Below are positions 10,404-19,282 of a stretch of DNA of 64,000 bases, one piece after another (the first letter of the stretch is position 1; every line of letters begins with the position of its first letter). This DNA is from Parcubacteria group bacterium (GTDB lineage Bacteria; Patescibacteriota; Patescibacteriia; Buchananbacterales; UBA6539). The notes beneath the pieces were generated by a model. That model had not been told where the DNA came from and did no database searches. It was given only the letters and a program-made list of their open reading frames with translations. A program made the translations under genes and the position numbers. The DNA is taken from positions 227 to 64,226 of the forward strand of contig NYZP01000030.1 in NCBI GenBank assembly GCA_002687175.1. The letters are read 5' to 3'.

Positions 10404-11660
10404 TTGATAGAGTATCTCTGTTATAATAGGGATGTGGAAAAACTCTCAAAATCTCAGATTTTATTACTCATTACTATTGTTATCCTGATAATAACGGTTT
10501 ATTTTATTTACTTATCTAAGGATGAAAATATTGAGCCAGAAATTCTAAATGTAAATTCTGGCGGTACTGTTTTAGGAACCTCAACGACTACGGCGACTAT
10601 TGATCTAAATTTTGCAATGTCCGGAACTTTATCAATATTGAATGTTACTGTTGGAGATGATGTTAAGGTTGATCAAATATTGGCTCAATTAAATGCTACT
10701 GACTTGATACTTAATCTGAATCAACAAAAGTCTAATTTAGCTGAGGCTCAGACAGATTTAGATAAGTTAAAAGCTGGACCAACTGATGAAGAAATTGCCG
10801 CATTACAATTAGCCATTAATCAAGCTGAAGCTGATTTGGTTATTGCCCAAAAAAATTTAAATAGTGCGGCATCAACCACCAGTAAAATAATTGATGATCA
10901 GCAATCAGCAGTACTGGTTGTAGTCAAGGAGGTTTTAGCGGCCGCTAATATTTCTTTACAGGAGATTTTTGATACCCTAAACTATAAAGGCAGTAGTAGT
11001 AATTTTTTAACTACCAATACGGAGTTACTAAAACAAGTAGAGGCTGGTTACAATTTAGCATTAACTAAAATTGATGAAGCAGAATTGGCTTATAATTTAG
11101 CCAAGTTTAATCTTGATGGTGATTTTACTGATAATCAAATAGACCAAAGTGTTACCTTAACTTTAATTGCTTTGCCTGAAGTTGCTAAAACTTTAACTGA
11201 CTTAATCGAGCTATTAAACTTTGTGACTTTAACTTCTGTTTTAAATCAAACGGACTTGGTTATCTTAAATACTACTATTAATGCTGAACAGTTGGGTACT
11301 GATTTAAGTATTACTGATTTACAAACCTCCCAGAATGATTTAGCCGAGATTAGAGCAACACAGGAAATAAAACTTACAGCAGCTAGTGATCAAGTTAGCG
11401 TTAGTGAAAAAAAATTTATTGAGTCTGAATCAGAATTAGAACTTAAGCTGGCGCCAGTTAGTCAAGAAGACATTGTACTACTTCAAGCTAAAGTTAGTAA
11501 GATTAGAGCTGACTTGGCGAGAGCTCAAACAAGATATAATCAATCAATATTACGTTCACCAATTGCTGGAGAAATTAGAGCCATTAATTTTAATATTGGA
11601 GAACAAATAAATTCAGAACAACCGGTTATTATAATTTCAACAGATTATAGTAAAAATTAG
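10404..11660 (+). CDS. HlyD-like adaptor paralog, C-terminally short
   Basis: 418 aa; TM plus coiled-coil similar to 5229-6914 protein but ends soon after the lipoyl-like motif (RSPIAGEIRAINFNIGEQ); start uncertain, a GTG at 10431 follows TATAAT plus AGGG. Confidence 0.6.
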   Translation: MIEYLCYNRDVEKLSKSQILLLITIVILIITVYFIYLSKDENIEPEILNVNSGGTVLGTSTTTATIDLNFAMSGTLSILNVTVGDDVKVDQILAQLNATDLILNLNQQKSNLAEAQTDLDKLKAGPTDEEIAALQLAINQAEADLVIAQKNLNSAASTTSKIIDDQQSAVLVVVKEVLAAANISLQEIFDTLNYKGSSSNFLTTNTELLKQVEAGYNLALTKIDEAELAYNLAKFNLDGDFTDNQIDQSVTLTLIALPEVAKTLTDLIELLNFVTLTSVLNQTDLVILNTTINAEQLGTDLSITDLQTSQNDLAEIRATQEIKLTAASDQVSVSEKKFIESESELELKLAPVSQEDIVLLQAKVSKIRADLARAQTRYNQSILRSPIAGEIRAINFNIGEQINSEQPVIIISTDYSKN

Positions 11661-11665
11661 TTACT

Positions 11666-12778
11666 ATGTTTCTACAAAAATTATTTTCAATATTCAAAAG
11701 CTTTGACTGGATTCTTTTAGGTGCGGTTTTCTTATTGATTTGTTTTGGATTGGCCGCTATCTACAGCGTTACTATCAGCTTTGAAGAGGCTAGTTTTTTA
11801 AACTTTAATAAACAGATCATTTTTGCGGTTATTGGTTTAATTGTTCTTTTTATAATTAGTTTTTTTGACTATCGATTTTGGCAGGATTATAGCTACCTAG
11901 TATATTTGGCGGTGGCTATAATTTTAGTAGCCGTTCTATTCTTTGGTACAACTGTCCGAGGCACCACTGGTTGGTTTTCCATTTTTGGAATAAATTTTCA
12001 GCCAGTGGAATTAGCCAAAATTGCTTTGATAATATTTTTGGCATATTTTTTGAGCAATAAAGGAGCATTAATTAAAGAACCTAAAAATTTTATTATCACC
12101 CTTTCTGGTACTGGTTTATTTTTCTTGTTAGTTATGCTACAGCCTGATTTTGGATCAGGCGTTATTTTGTTTTTAGTTTGGCTTTTAATAGTTGTTTTTT
12201 CCGGAGCCAGCAAAAAACATTTAATTATTACCGGTCTGGGTTTAATGGCTCTGGCAGTAGTTGCTTGGTTCTTCTTATTTGCTGATTATCAAAAAGATCG
12301 AATTTTAACATTTGTTAATCCAACTTCTGATCCCTATGGTAGCGGTTATCATGTACGTCAAGCAGTAACGGCAGTTGGCGCTGGAGGATTTCTAGGGCGA
12401 GGGTTAGGTTTTGGGTCTCAGTCACAGCTAAAATTTTTGCCGGCTAGCCAAACTGATTTTATCTTTGCCGTAATTGCCGAGGAGTTAGGTTTTCTGGGGG
12501 TTAGCTTAGTTTTTTTCCTGTGGGGATTAATTTTTTGGCGGTTAATTCGGGCGGTTAAAATAATGAAAGATAATTTCTCGGCTCTCTTTATTCTAGGTGC
12601 ATCAGCAATTTTTTTCAGCCAGATAATTATTAATATTGGAATGAACATTGGTTTAGTACCAGTGACCGGTATTTCTTTACCATTCCTTAGCTATGGTGGC
12701 AGTTTTTTATTAATAAGTCTGGTTTTAATTGGTATTATTGAAAGCATGATTATACGGAATCAACGCTTAGGTGCTTAA
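11666..12778 (+). CDS. SEDS family peptidoglycan glycosyltransferase (FtsW/RodA)
   Basis: 370 aa; 10 TM, conserved SEDS motifs (GSQSQLKFLP, PFLSYGGS). Confidence 0.85.
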   Translation: MFLQKLFSIFKSFDWILLGAVFLLICFGLAAIYSVTISFEEASFLNFNKQIIFAVIGLIVLFIISFFDYRFWQDYSYLVYLAVAIILVAVLFFGTTVRGTTGWFSIFGINFQPVELAKIALIIFLAYFLSNKGALIKEPKNFIITLSGTGLFFLLVMLQPDFGSGVILFLVWLLIVVFSGASKKHLIITGLGLMALAVVAWFFLFADYQKDRILTFVNPTSDPYGSGYHVRQAVTAVGAGGFLGRGLGFGSQSQLKFLPASQTDFIFAVIAEELGFLGVSLVFFLWGLIFWRLIRAVKIMKDNFSALFILGASAIFFSQIIINIGMNIGLVPVTGISLPFLSYGGSFLLISLVLIGIIESMIIRNQRLGA

Positions 12779-12784
12779 GATAAT

Positions 12785-12813
12785 TTGACTATTTTTGTGA
12801 TTTAGGCTATATT
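12785..12813 (+). promoter_or_regulatory. sigma70-like promoter TTGACT-17-TATATT
   Basis: hexamers with 17 bp spacer 12 bp upstream of ATG 12825. Confidence 0.5.
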
Positions 12814-12824
12814 GTTACTAACCT

Positions 12825-13160
12825 ATGGGGGAGAAATTATTCAATTTATTTAGTGATAATCCCACTCTAATAACACATTGCCCGGTTTGCAATGTACGTT
12901 ATAACCCTCTAGAAGCTAGGGTGTTAGAGGAGGGGGAAAGTGCGCACCTAGTTTATATTAAGTGCCGTCAATGCCAGTCAGCGATACTGGCATTAATTAT
13001 TGCTAATAATTCCGGTATTAGTTCCATGGGACTAATAACTGATTTGAGCAGTGATGACGTTTTAAAGTTTAAATCAGACAATGCTATTAGTTGCGATGAT
13101 GTGATTGAAGTGCATCAATTATTAAATAAGGAGAAAGTACTAATTGAATATTTTGATTAA
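12825..13160 (+). CDS. hypothetical zinc-ribbon protein
   Basis: 111 aa; CPVC...CRQC pair. Confidence 0.5.
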   Translation: MGEKLFNLFSDNPTLITHCPVCNVRYNPLEARVLEEGESAHLVYIKCRQCQSAILALIIANNSGISSMGLITDLSSDDVLKFKSDNAISCDDVIEVHQLLNKEKVLIEYFD

Positions 13161-13190
13161 ATATTAACTTTACAAAGGAGTAGGTAATAA

Positions 13191-13925
13191 ATGCCTGAAC
13201 AAATAAACCTTAAGGTAAAGACCAGAAGCGAGGTCGGAAAAAAAGTAAATAATTTAAGAAAGCAGGGTCAAATCCCGGCTATTTTGTATGGGAACAAAAT
13301 GGATCCAGCAAATTTATCTGTTGATTATTCAACTTTTGAAAAAGTTTTTAAAAAAGCTGGAGAAAGTACTTTAATTGATTTAGAAATTGATGATCAAAAA
13401 CCAATTAAAGTTTTAGTTCAAGACTATCAAATTAATCCAGTATCTGATAAATTTATTCATATTGATTTTCAACAAATCAATATGACTGAAAAACTTCATG
13501 CCACGGTTGAGCTTAAATTTATTGGCGAGCCACCAGCCGTAAAAGAATTTGGTGGTGTTTTAATTACCAGTATCGATAATTTGGAAGTTGAATGTCTACC
13601 ACAAGATCTAGTTCACCAAATTGAAATTGATCTATCAAGTTTAGAAAAAATTGATGATTCAATTCACGTTGCTGATATCAAGGCTCCGGAAGGTATAACA
13701 ATTTTAAATACCCCTGATAATGTAATCGTCCTAATTCAAGCACCAAGAACAGATAAAGATATGGCCGCTCTTGAAGAAAAACCAGACGGTGAATTGCCAT
13801 CAGTTGTCGGCACCGAAGGCACAGAGGGTATTGAAGGTGAAACTGCTGAAAAAGGTGAAGGCGGTACTGAAGTTAAAGCCGAAACAGATAAGACCAAACC
13901 AGAAGATAAAGCAGAGAAGAAATAA
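13191..13925 (+). CDS. rplY: 50S ribosomal protein L25 / general stress protein Ctc with acidic-lysine-rich C-terminal tail
   Basis: 244 aa; strong RBS AAAGGAG; L25 N-terminal and Ctc beta domain motifs. Confidence 0.85.
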   Translation: MPEQINLKVKTRSEVGKKVNNLRKQGQIPAILYGNKMDPANLSVDYSTFEKVFKKAGESTLIDLEIDDQKPIKVLVQDYQINPVSDKFIHIDFQQINMTEKLHATVELKFIGEPPAVKEFGGVLITSIDNLEVECLPQDLVHQIEIDLSSLEKIDDSIHVADIKAPEGITILNTPDNVIVLIQAPRTDKDMAALEEKPDGELPSVVGTEGTEGIEGETAEKGEGGTEVKAETDKTKPEDKAEKK

Positions 13926-13954
13926 TTTTTATATAAAAAATTATCTAATTTAAC

Positions 13955-13976
13955 CCAGACCTTAAGGTCTTTTTGT
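13955..13976 (+). terminator. intrinsic terminator
   Basis: AGACC-TTAA-GGTCT followed by TTTTTGTGTTT. Confidence 0.6.
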
Positions 13977-14009
13977 GTTTGAACCCCACTCGTTTAAGGA
14001 GAATTAACC

Positions 14010-14219
14010 ATGGGAGCAGACTCAAATTGTGGATTTGAGGACGACGAAGAGGTTATTCATGAATACATGCGTATCTTGAACGTTTCCGGCCAGAGTATCG
14101 CTAGAGCTTTTTTAGACGGGCTTCCGGAAAACCAGCGTAGCCGGGTTACCCCAGACATCAATCTTCTGGTCGCGACGCGGGCCGCGCGTCTCACCGCACG
14201 GCGCCAAAGAGAAACCTGA
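14010..14219 (+). CDS. GC-rich small ORF (69 aa) with strong RBS; protein or RNA element uncertain
   Basis: AAGGAG 7 nt before ATG; about 50% GC versus about 35% flanks; own terminator downstream. Confidence 0.35.
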   Translation: MGADSNCGFEDDEEVIHEYMRILNVSGQSIARAFLDGLPENQRSRVTPDINLLVATRAARLTARRQRET

Positions 14220-14273
14220 TACCCATATCTAACTTTCTCTGCCCAGAAAATTGCGGTAATAATCTACTGCAAC

Positions 14274-14318
14274 TGCACGACTTAGAACATCGCCGTTCAA
14301 GCCGTGCTTTTTTAAGTA
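14274..14318 (+). terminator. intrinsic terminator
   Basis: GCACG...(inner GAAC-ATCGCC-GTTC)...CGTGC followed by TTTTTT. Confidence 0.5.
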
Positions 14319-14369
14319 GAATTTCATACTTTTAATTAAAGTAAAAATATTATAAAATACTAATATTAT

Positions 14370-15407
14370 ATGTTTAAAAATTTAAAGAATTTATTTAATA
14401 TTTCTCCTCGACTATGGATTCTAATTGCTGGTGCCGTTTTAACGGCTGATTTTTTTCTGCTATATTTTATAGCTACGGAGAACAGTTTTAATTGGCAATT
14501 TGGCAAAATTCGTCCAGTAGATCAAATGAATCATCGTTTGCTAGACGGTGAATTAGTAGCAAAAGATATATCATCATTAAAACCAATTGTTGTGATGATG
14601 GAGAATCACTCGCTAAGTAGACCAACTGCTGGCCTGGAAAATGCCAGTATAATTTACGAAACAATCATCGAAGGTGACATAACCAGATTTTTGGCTATTT
14701 TTGATCCAACTATTGAAGCTAAAAAAATTGGACCAGTTCGATCAGTCAGACCTTTTTTTGTCGAAATTGCCGAAGAGTGGAATCCAGTTTTATTCCATGC
14801 TGGAGGTAGCCAGGACGCTATGTATAAGTTAACTTATAGTAAAGTTGATAATGTAAACGAGATATCAGGAGATGGCATTTATTTTTGGCGTGACACTCAG
14901 CGAGCAATGCCCCATAATCTTTTTACCTCAATTAATCAAATCAAAAGAGCAATTGAAGCTAAAGAGATAGATTTGGCAGCAGATTTTGAACCTTGGTTAT
15001 TTAAAAATGATGGTCTAGACAGACCAGAGGCGGACGCAAAATTACATGAAGTAGTAAAAGTTAATTTTAACAATAATCCATTATATCAAGTTGAGTATAG
15101 GTATAATCAAGAAGATCATAACTATACTCGCTACTTGGCTGGAGAAATTCATAAAACTGACAGGGGCATATTTCTCAAAGCAAATAACATTATTTTTCAA
15201 CATGTAAATTTTGATGTTGTTGATAGCTATGGCAGATTAGATGTCAACGTCACGGGAAAAGGCCGAGCAGAGATTTTTCAAGATGGTAGGATAATTGAAG
15301 CCTATTGGCAAAAACCAAAGAACAGTAGAACCAAATTCTATGATTTGGGTAATCGAGAGATAAAATTTAACCGAGGAACTATTTGGATTGAGCTAGTTTT
15401 TAACTAA
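14370..15407 (+). CDS. DUF3048 (YerB-like) membrane-anchored protein
   Basis: 345 aa; N-terminal TM; PIVVMMENHSLSRPTAGLENASIIYETIIEGDITRFLAIF signature. Confidence 0.75.
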   Translation: MFKNLKNLFNISPRLWILIAGAVLTADFFLLYFIATENSFNWQFGKIRPVDQMNHRLLDGELVAKDISSLKPIVVMMENHSLSRPTAGLENASIIYETIIEGDITRFLAIFDPTIEAKKIGPVRSVRPFFVEIAEEWNPVLFHAGGSQDAMYKLTYSKVDNVNEISGDGIYFWRDTQRAMPHNLFTSINQIKRAIEAKEIDLAADFEPWLFKNDGLDRPEADAKLHEVVKVNFNNNPLYQVEYRYNQEDHNYTRYLAGEIHKTDRGIFLKANNIIFQHVNFDVVDSYGRLDVNVTGKGRAEIFQDGRIIEAYWQKPKNSRTKFYDLGNREIKFNRGTIWIELVFN

Positions 15408-15441
15408 AACCCTTTGTAATTAGCTTCTTATATTTGTATTC

Positions 15442-15470
15442 TTGACATGAATACTTTTTTTATTTAACAT
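15442..15470 (+). promoter_or_regulatory. sigma70-like promoter TTGACA-17-TAACAT
   Basis: perfect -35, 17 bp spacer; same -10 hexamer as the rnpB promoter. Confidence 0.5.
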
Positions 15471-15477
15471 ACTAATA

Positions 15478-15863
15478 TCACTACATTTGGAGAAGGGAGG
15501 ATAAAATCGACTTGGATGATGTAGTACAGTATCGTTTTTTTACGCGGCAGTCTTGAACTTATCTCATGCGAGGGGTACAACCATTTCCATAGTTACGAGC
15601 CAACGATGAGTTGACAGAAATTCAACAAGAATATCTGTAAAAACTTCCGACTAACGGAGTTACTATGAATTGGCCAACCCAAGGCACAGACCACTGATTC
15701 AAGACGAACGAACCCACAGGGGAATGTTATGCGCAATTTGCATTTGTGGAGTTCTGGAATGCCCAACAAGATCACTTTGGAGCGGGAAAGACCACCGCCC
15801 CTATAGATTCATTTTGGCTCGAGATTCGCACCTAAGCAATGCGTCTTCTCGGGCCACTTTTTT
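15478..15863 (+). ncRNA. unassigned structured ncRNA (~385 nt), independent transcription unit immediately upstream of dnaX
   Basis: GC-rich island between promoter 15442-15470 and terminator 15816-15863 (GGCUCGAGA...UCUCGGGCC plus U6); no plausible ORF; canonical SRP/tmRNA/6S motifs not recognised. Confidence 0.5.
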
Positions 15864-15902
15864 CTTGATTAAAATAAAAAAATAGGCTATTATTTCAATG
15901 CT

Positions 15903-17498
15903 ATGGATCTAACATTATATCGAAAATATCGCCCTCAAAGCTTTAAAGAAGTTATTGGGCAGAACCATGTTAAAACCACGGTTCAAAGTGAAATTGAAAC
16001 TGGTAAAGTGGCTCATGCTTATCTATTTTCTGGTCCTCGTGGTCTTGGTAAAACTACTATGGCCCGGCTTTTGGCAAAAGCGGTTAATTGCTTAAAAGTA
16101 AAATCTGGTAGTAGTGAACCATGTAACAGCTGTGACGCTTGTACTGAATTAATGGCGGCTAAGTCGCTAGATATCATTGAAATCGATGCGGCGTCACATA
16201 CCGGGGTTGATAATGTTCGGGAAAATATTATTGATAATGCTCGGTTTACCCCAACAAGTCGTAAATTTAAAGTTTTTATTATTGATGAAGTTCACATGCT
16301 GTCAGTATCAGCATTTAATGCCCTGTTAAAAATTTTAGAGGAACCACCAGATCATGTAATGTTTATTTTGGCTACTACCGAAATTCATAAAGTTCCAGAA
16401 ACTATTATTTCTCGTTGTCAGCACTTTGAATTCAGAAAAGTAACCGAGGCCGAAATTGTCGGTCGTTTAAATCAACTTGTTACAAAAGAAAAAAGATCAG
16501 TTGATAAATCAATTTTAGAAAATATTGCTTATTATGCAGATGGTGGTATGCGTGACGCTGAAAGTTTACTCGGTCAAATTTTATCTTTAAGTGATAAAGA
16601 AATTACCCCTGAGCAAGCCGAGTTAGTGCTACCACGATCTCGTTTTGATTTAGTTTTAGAATTTATTGCTTATTTAAGTAAAAAGGATTCAACCGCCGCG
16701 ATCGGCTTAATAAATCGGTTAGTTCAGGAAGGAATTGATTTAGAAAAGTTTAATGTTGAACTAATTGAAGTGTTAAGAAAAATTTTACTGATAAAAATAA
16801 ATCAAGATTTAAGTAAATATACTAGTGGTTTGAATAAAGATCTGGAAAAAAGAGTAACTGATATTTCTAAAGATATGACACTCAATTTTTTAGTTAGAGC
16901 AACAGAAATTTTTATGGCTAAACAGCAAGATCTTAAATTCGCCACTATTTATCAACTGCCATTAGAATTAGCAATTTTAGAAATAATTGGTTCCAACCAG
17001 GAAGAAGTTAATGATAATGATAACGATGTAGATTCATCAAATAATAATAAACCTCTAGCAACACCTAAAGTAGATAATAAGATTACAGAGAGGCCAAAAC
17101 CAGAAGTGAAAAAACAAGTTAATAGTGCTGTTGCTGTCAGACTAACTTTAGATCAAATTAAAGAAAAATGGGGAGAAGTTTTACAAAATTTAAAGCAGTA
17201 TAATCAAAGCCTAGCTTCAGCTTTAAAGATTGGCCAACCGGGATCGGTAAAAGATGATGGAACACTAGAGGTTTGCTTTAAACATAAATTTCATCAAGAA
17301 AGAATTAACGACACCAAAAACAAAAAGATTTTAGAAAGTGTCCTAGAAGAAATTTTTGGGGTTAAGCTAATTGTTAGAACATTAGTTGTTAAAGAACTGC
17401 CTGATAAGGAAGTCATAGTCGAAGCGGTTGCTGAAAAGCCAGCCGATGATTCCTTGGATAATATTTTAAAAACATTTGGCGGTCAGGTTGTAGATTAG
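15903..17498 (+). CDS. dnaX: DNA polymerase III subunit gamma/tau
   Basis: 531 aa; GPRGLGKTT Walker A, zinc Cys cluster CNSCDAC, SRC arginine finger. Confidence 0.9.
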   Translation: MDLTLYRKYRPQSFKEVIGQNHVKTTVQSEIETGKVAHAYLFSGPRGLGKTTMARLLAKAVNCLKVKSGSSEPCNSCDACTELMAAKSLDIIEIDAASHTGVDNVRENIIDNARFTPTSRKFKVFIIDEVHMLSVSAFNALLKILEEPPDHVMFILATTEIHKVPETIISRCQHFEFRKVTEAEIVGRLNQLVTKEKRSVDKSILENIAYYADGGMRDAESLLGQILSLSDKEITPEQAELVLPRSRFDLVLEFIAYLSKKDSTAAIGLINRLVQEGIDLEKFNVELIEVLRKILLIKINQDLSKYTSGLNKDLEKRVTDISKDMTLNFLVRATEIFMAKQQDLKFATIYQLPLELAILEIIGSNQEEVNDNDNDVDSSNNNKPLATPKVDNKITERPKPEVKKQVNSAVAVRLTLDQIKEKWGEVLQNLKQYNQSLASALKIGQPGSVKDDGTLEVCFKHKFHQERINDTKNKKILESVLEEIFGVKLIVRTLVVKELPDKEVIVEAVAEKPADDSLDNILKTFGGQVVD

Positions 17499-17682
17499 AT
17501 AGACAGTAAATATTCGGGGATCGTCCACCTACGCCAAAGCTTCGGTGGACAAGTCTAACGGCTTAGCCCCATAACTCGGGGATCGTCTAATCCCCGACAT
17601 AAAGTCGGGGCAGGGTCCGGACGCCAGACATGGTTTGTCCTGTCCAAACTTCGGAGATCGTCTAACGTCCCCGCCCCATAAC

Positions 17683-17753
17683 TCGGGGATCGTCTAATGG
17701 TAGGACGCCTGGTTCTGGTCCAGGTAATCTAGGTTCGAATCCTGGTCCCCGAG
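17683..17753 (+). tRNA. tRNA-Gln (anticodon CUG), no encoded CCA
   Basis: cloverleaf folds by hand: acceptor UCGGGGA/UCCCCGA with U1-A72 and G73 (bacterial Gln identity), D arm GUCU/GGAC, anticodon stem CCUGG/CCAGG loop UUCUGGU, T arm CUAGG-UUCGAAU-CCUGG. Confidence 0.85.
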
Positions 17754-17938
17754 TTATGGGGCGGGATAAATAGGACGCCAGGTGGCGCCTGCCCCGCCGC
17801 ATGGCGGGGGATCCTGGTAATCGGGGTTCGCGCGAAGCGCCTGTCTCCGAGGCTTGTACAGGAATCATGCTTGTCCGCCAAAGCCTGGAGGGCGTAGGTG
17901 GTTCCCTGAGCCAATAAATAATAAATAAATAAAATTTA

Positions 17939-18718
17939 ATGGACCCTAAATATCAGCAGATTATTGATTTTATCAAGGAGTCTGGAGAGGAGATTGTAGA
18001 ACAATTTGGAAAAATTAAATATATTGATGTTAAACATCGTTTCACCAGCGAATACGATTTAAAAATTGAACGAGGCTTTGAAAAAATTGTTAAAGGTTTT
18101 GGTGAAGGCCATAAACTTTATGCTGAAGAAGAACACGATGCCTTTAGCGAGGCAAATAATTTGTGGGTAGTCGACCCAATTAGTGGCACACGATTTTTAA
18201 TTGAAGGCACAAAGTACTACTCCATTGTGGCTACTCATGTGCAAAATGGAAAATCATTATTCTCGGCGGTGTATGGTCCCAGTATTAATGAATTTTTTGT
18301 AGCTATGGCTGGTCAAGGTTCATTTTTGAATGATAAAAAAATTACTATTAATCCTAGTCAACCAAATCCTAAAATAATATTTAAAGTTTCTGATGAGTGG
18401 AAAGATTTAGAAGCTGCTGAAAGAGTTCGTTTGGTGCTAAAAACTTTCAATTTCGAAGAAGTTGAAAAATCAGAAGCGCTAAATTACAGCAATGTTGCCT
18501 GTGGTCGAGCTGACTGCTTTGTTTTACTGGGTAAAGATTCTTTTCCCAGTTTTGCTGGTCAATTAATAGTGACCGAAGCGGGAGGTGTTTTTAGCAATAT
18601 TAAAGGGGAGTCCATAATTAATCACGATGATAAAATTTTTATTGCCGGTGAACAAACTATTAATGACAAGATCTTACCGTTAGTCCAAAAGGCTCTCGGC
18701 TCTTATTACATTAATTAA
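17939..18718 (+). CDS. inositol monophosphatase family protein
   Basis: 259 aa; WVVDPISGT metal-binding motif. Confidence 0.75.
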   Translation: MDPKYQQIIDFIKESGEEIVEQFGKIKYIDVKHRFTSEYDLKIERGFEKIVKGFGEGHKLYAEEEHDAFSEANNLWVVDPISGTRFLIEGTKYYSIVATHVQNGKSLFSAVYGPSINEFFVAMAGQGSFLNDKKITINPSQPNPKIIFKVSDEWKDLEAAERVRLVLKTFNFEEVEKSEALNYSNVACGRADCFVLLGKDSFPSFAGQLIVTEAGGVFSNIKGESIINHDDKIFIAGEQTINDKILPLVQKALGSYYIN

Positions 18719-19264
18719 ATGTCACTTGAAAAATCTAAAATAAAATTAGAAACTGGGGATCAAGCTCCTGATTTTAGTTTACTGGGTATTGATGATAAAC
18801 AATATTCACTGGCTGATTTTACTGATTTTGAATCAGTTTTAATAATTTTTATGTGCAATCACTGCCCCTACGTAAAAGCTAAAATTGATGTTTTGAATAA
18901 TCTTCAAAAAAAGTATAGTTCTCAATTAGCGATTGTTGGAATCAACAGTAATGATCCTAATTATCCAGGAGAGGGAATGGAGTTGATGAAAGAATTTACC
19001 AAGGAACATAAAATAAATTATTTTTATCTACTTGATGATTCACAAGATACAGCAAAATCTTATGGCGCTACTTGCACACCAGATCCATTTTTATTAAACA
19101 AAGAACACAAGTTAGTTTTCCATGGACGACTTAATAATCAAATGCAACCAGAAGATAAGTCGACTGAAGAGACCATGGAGTTAAAAATTGAACAGCTTCT
19201 GAAGAATGAAAAAATCAGTGACGATTTTTTACCCTCAATGGGGTGTTCTATTAAATGGTTATAA
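18719..19264 (+). CDS. thioredoxin-fold protein (redoxin/AhpC-TSA-like) with CxxC
   Basis: 181 aa; CNHCPY motif. Confidence 0.65.
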   Translation: MSLEKSKIKLETGDQAPDFSLLGIDDKQYSLADFTDFESVLIIFMCNHCPYVKAKIDVLNNLQKKYSSQLAIVGINSNDPNYPGEGMELMKEFTKEHKINYFYLLDDSQDTAKSYGATCTPDPFLLNKEHKLVFHGRLNNQMQPEDKSTEETMELKIEQLLKNEKISDDFLPSMGCSIKWL

Positions 19265-19282
19265 ATTATTAAAATAAATATT

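Noticed and set aside
15440-15865. Calling the dnaX-upstream RNA the SRP RNA on synteny alone
   Set aside because: The highly conserved domain IV GGAAGCAGC/GNRA motif could not be found on either strand by eye. It is left unassigned pending a covariance-model search.
15593-15885. ORFs 15593-15775(-) and 15670-15885(+)
   Set aside because: They fall inside the promoter/terminator-delimited GC-rich ncRNA candidate, have no RBS and implausible Cys/His/Arg-rich composition.
17500-17700. Possible CRISPR array suggested by repeated UCGGGGAUCGUCUAA motif
   Set aside because: Repeats are irregularly spaced (25-75 bp), degenerate, and are partial tRNA-Gln 5' halves. There are no uniform spacers and no cas genes.
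17662-17914. ORF-track ORFs 17662-17868(-) and 17729-17914(-), Arg/Pro/Gly-rich
   Set aside because: They lie across tRNA-Gln and the surrounding GC-rich RNA-structured repeats. Their composition reflects GC-rich RNA sequence, not coding.
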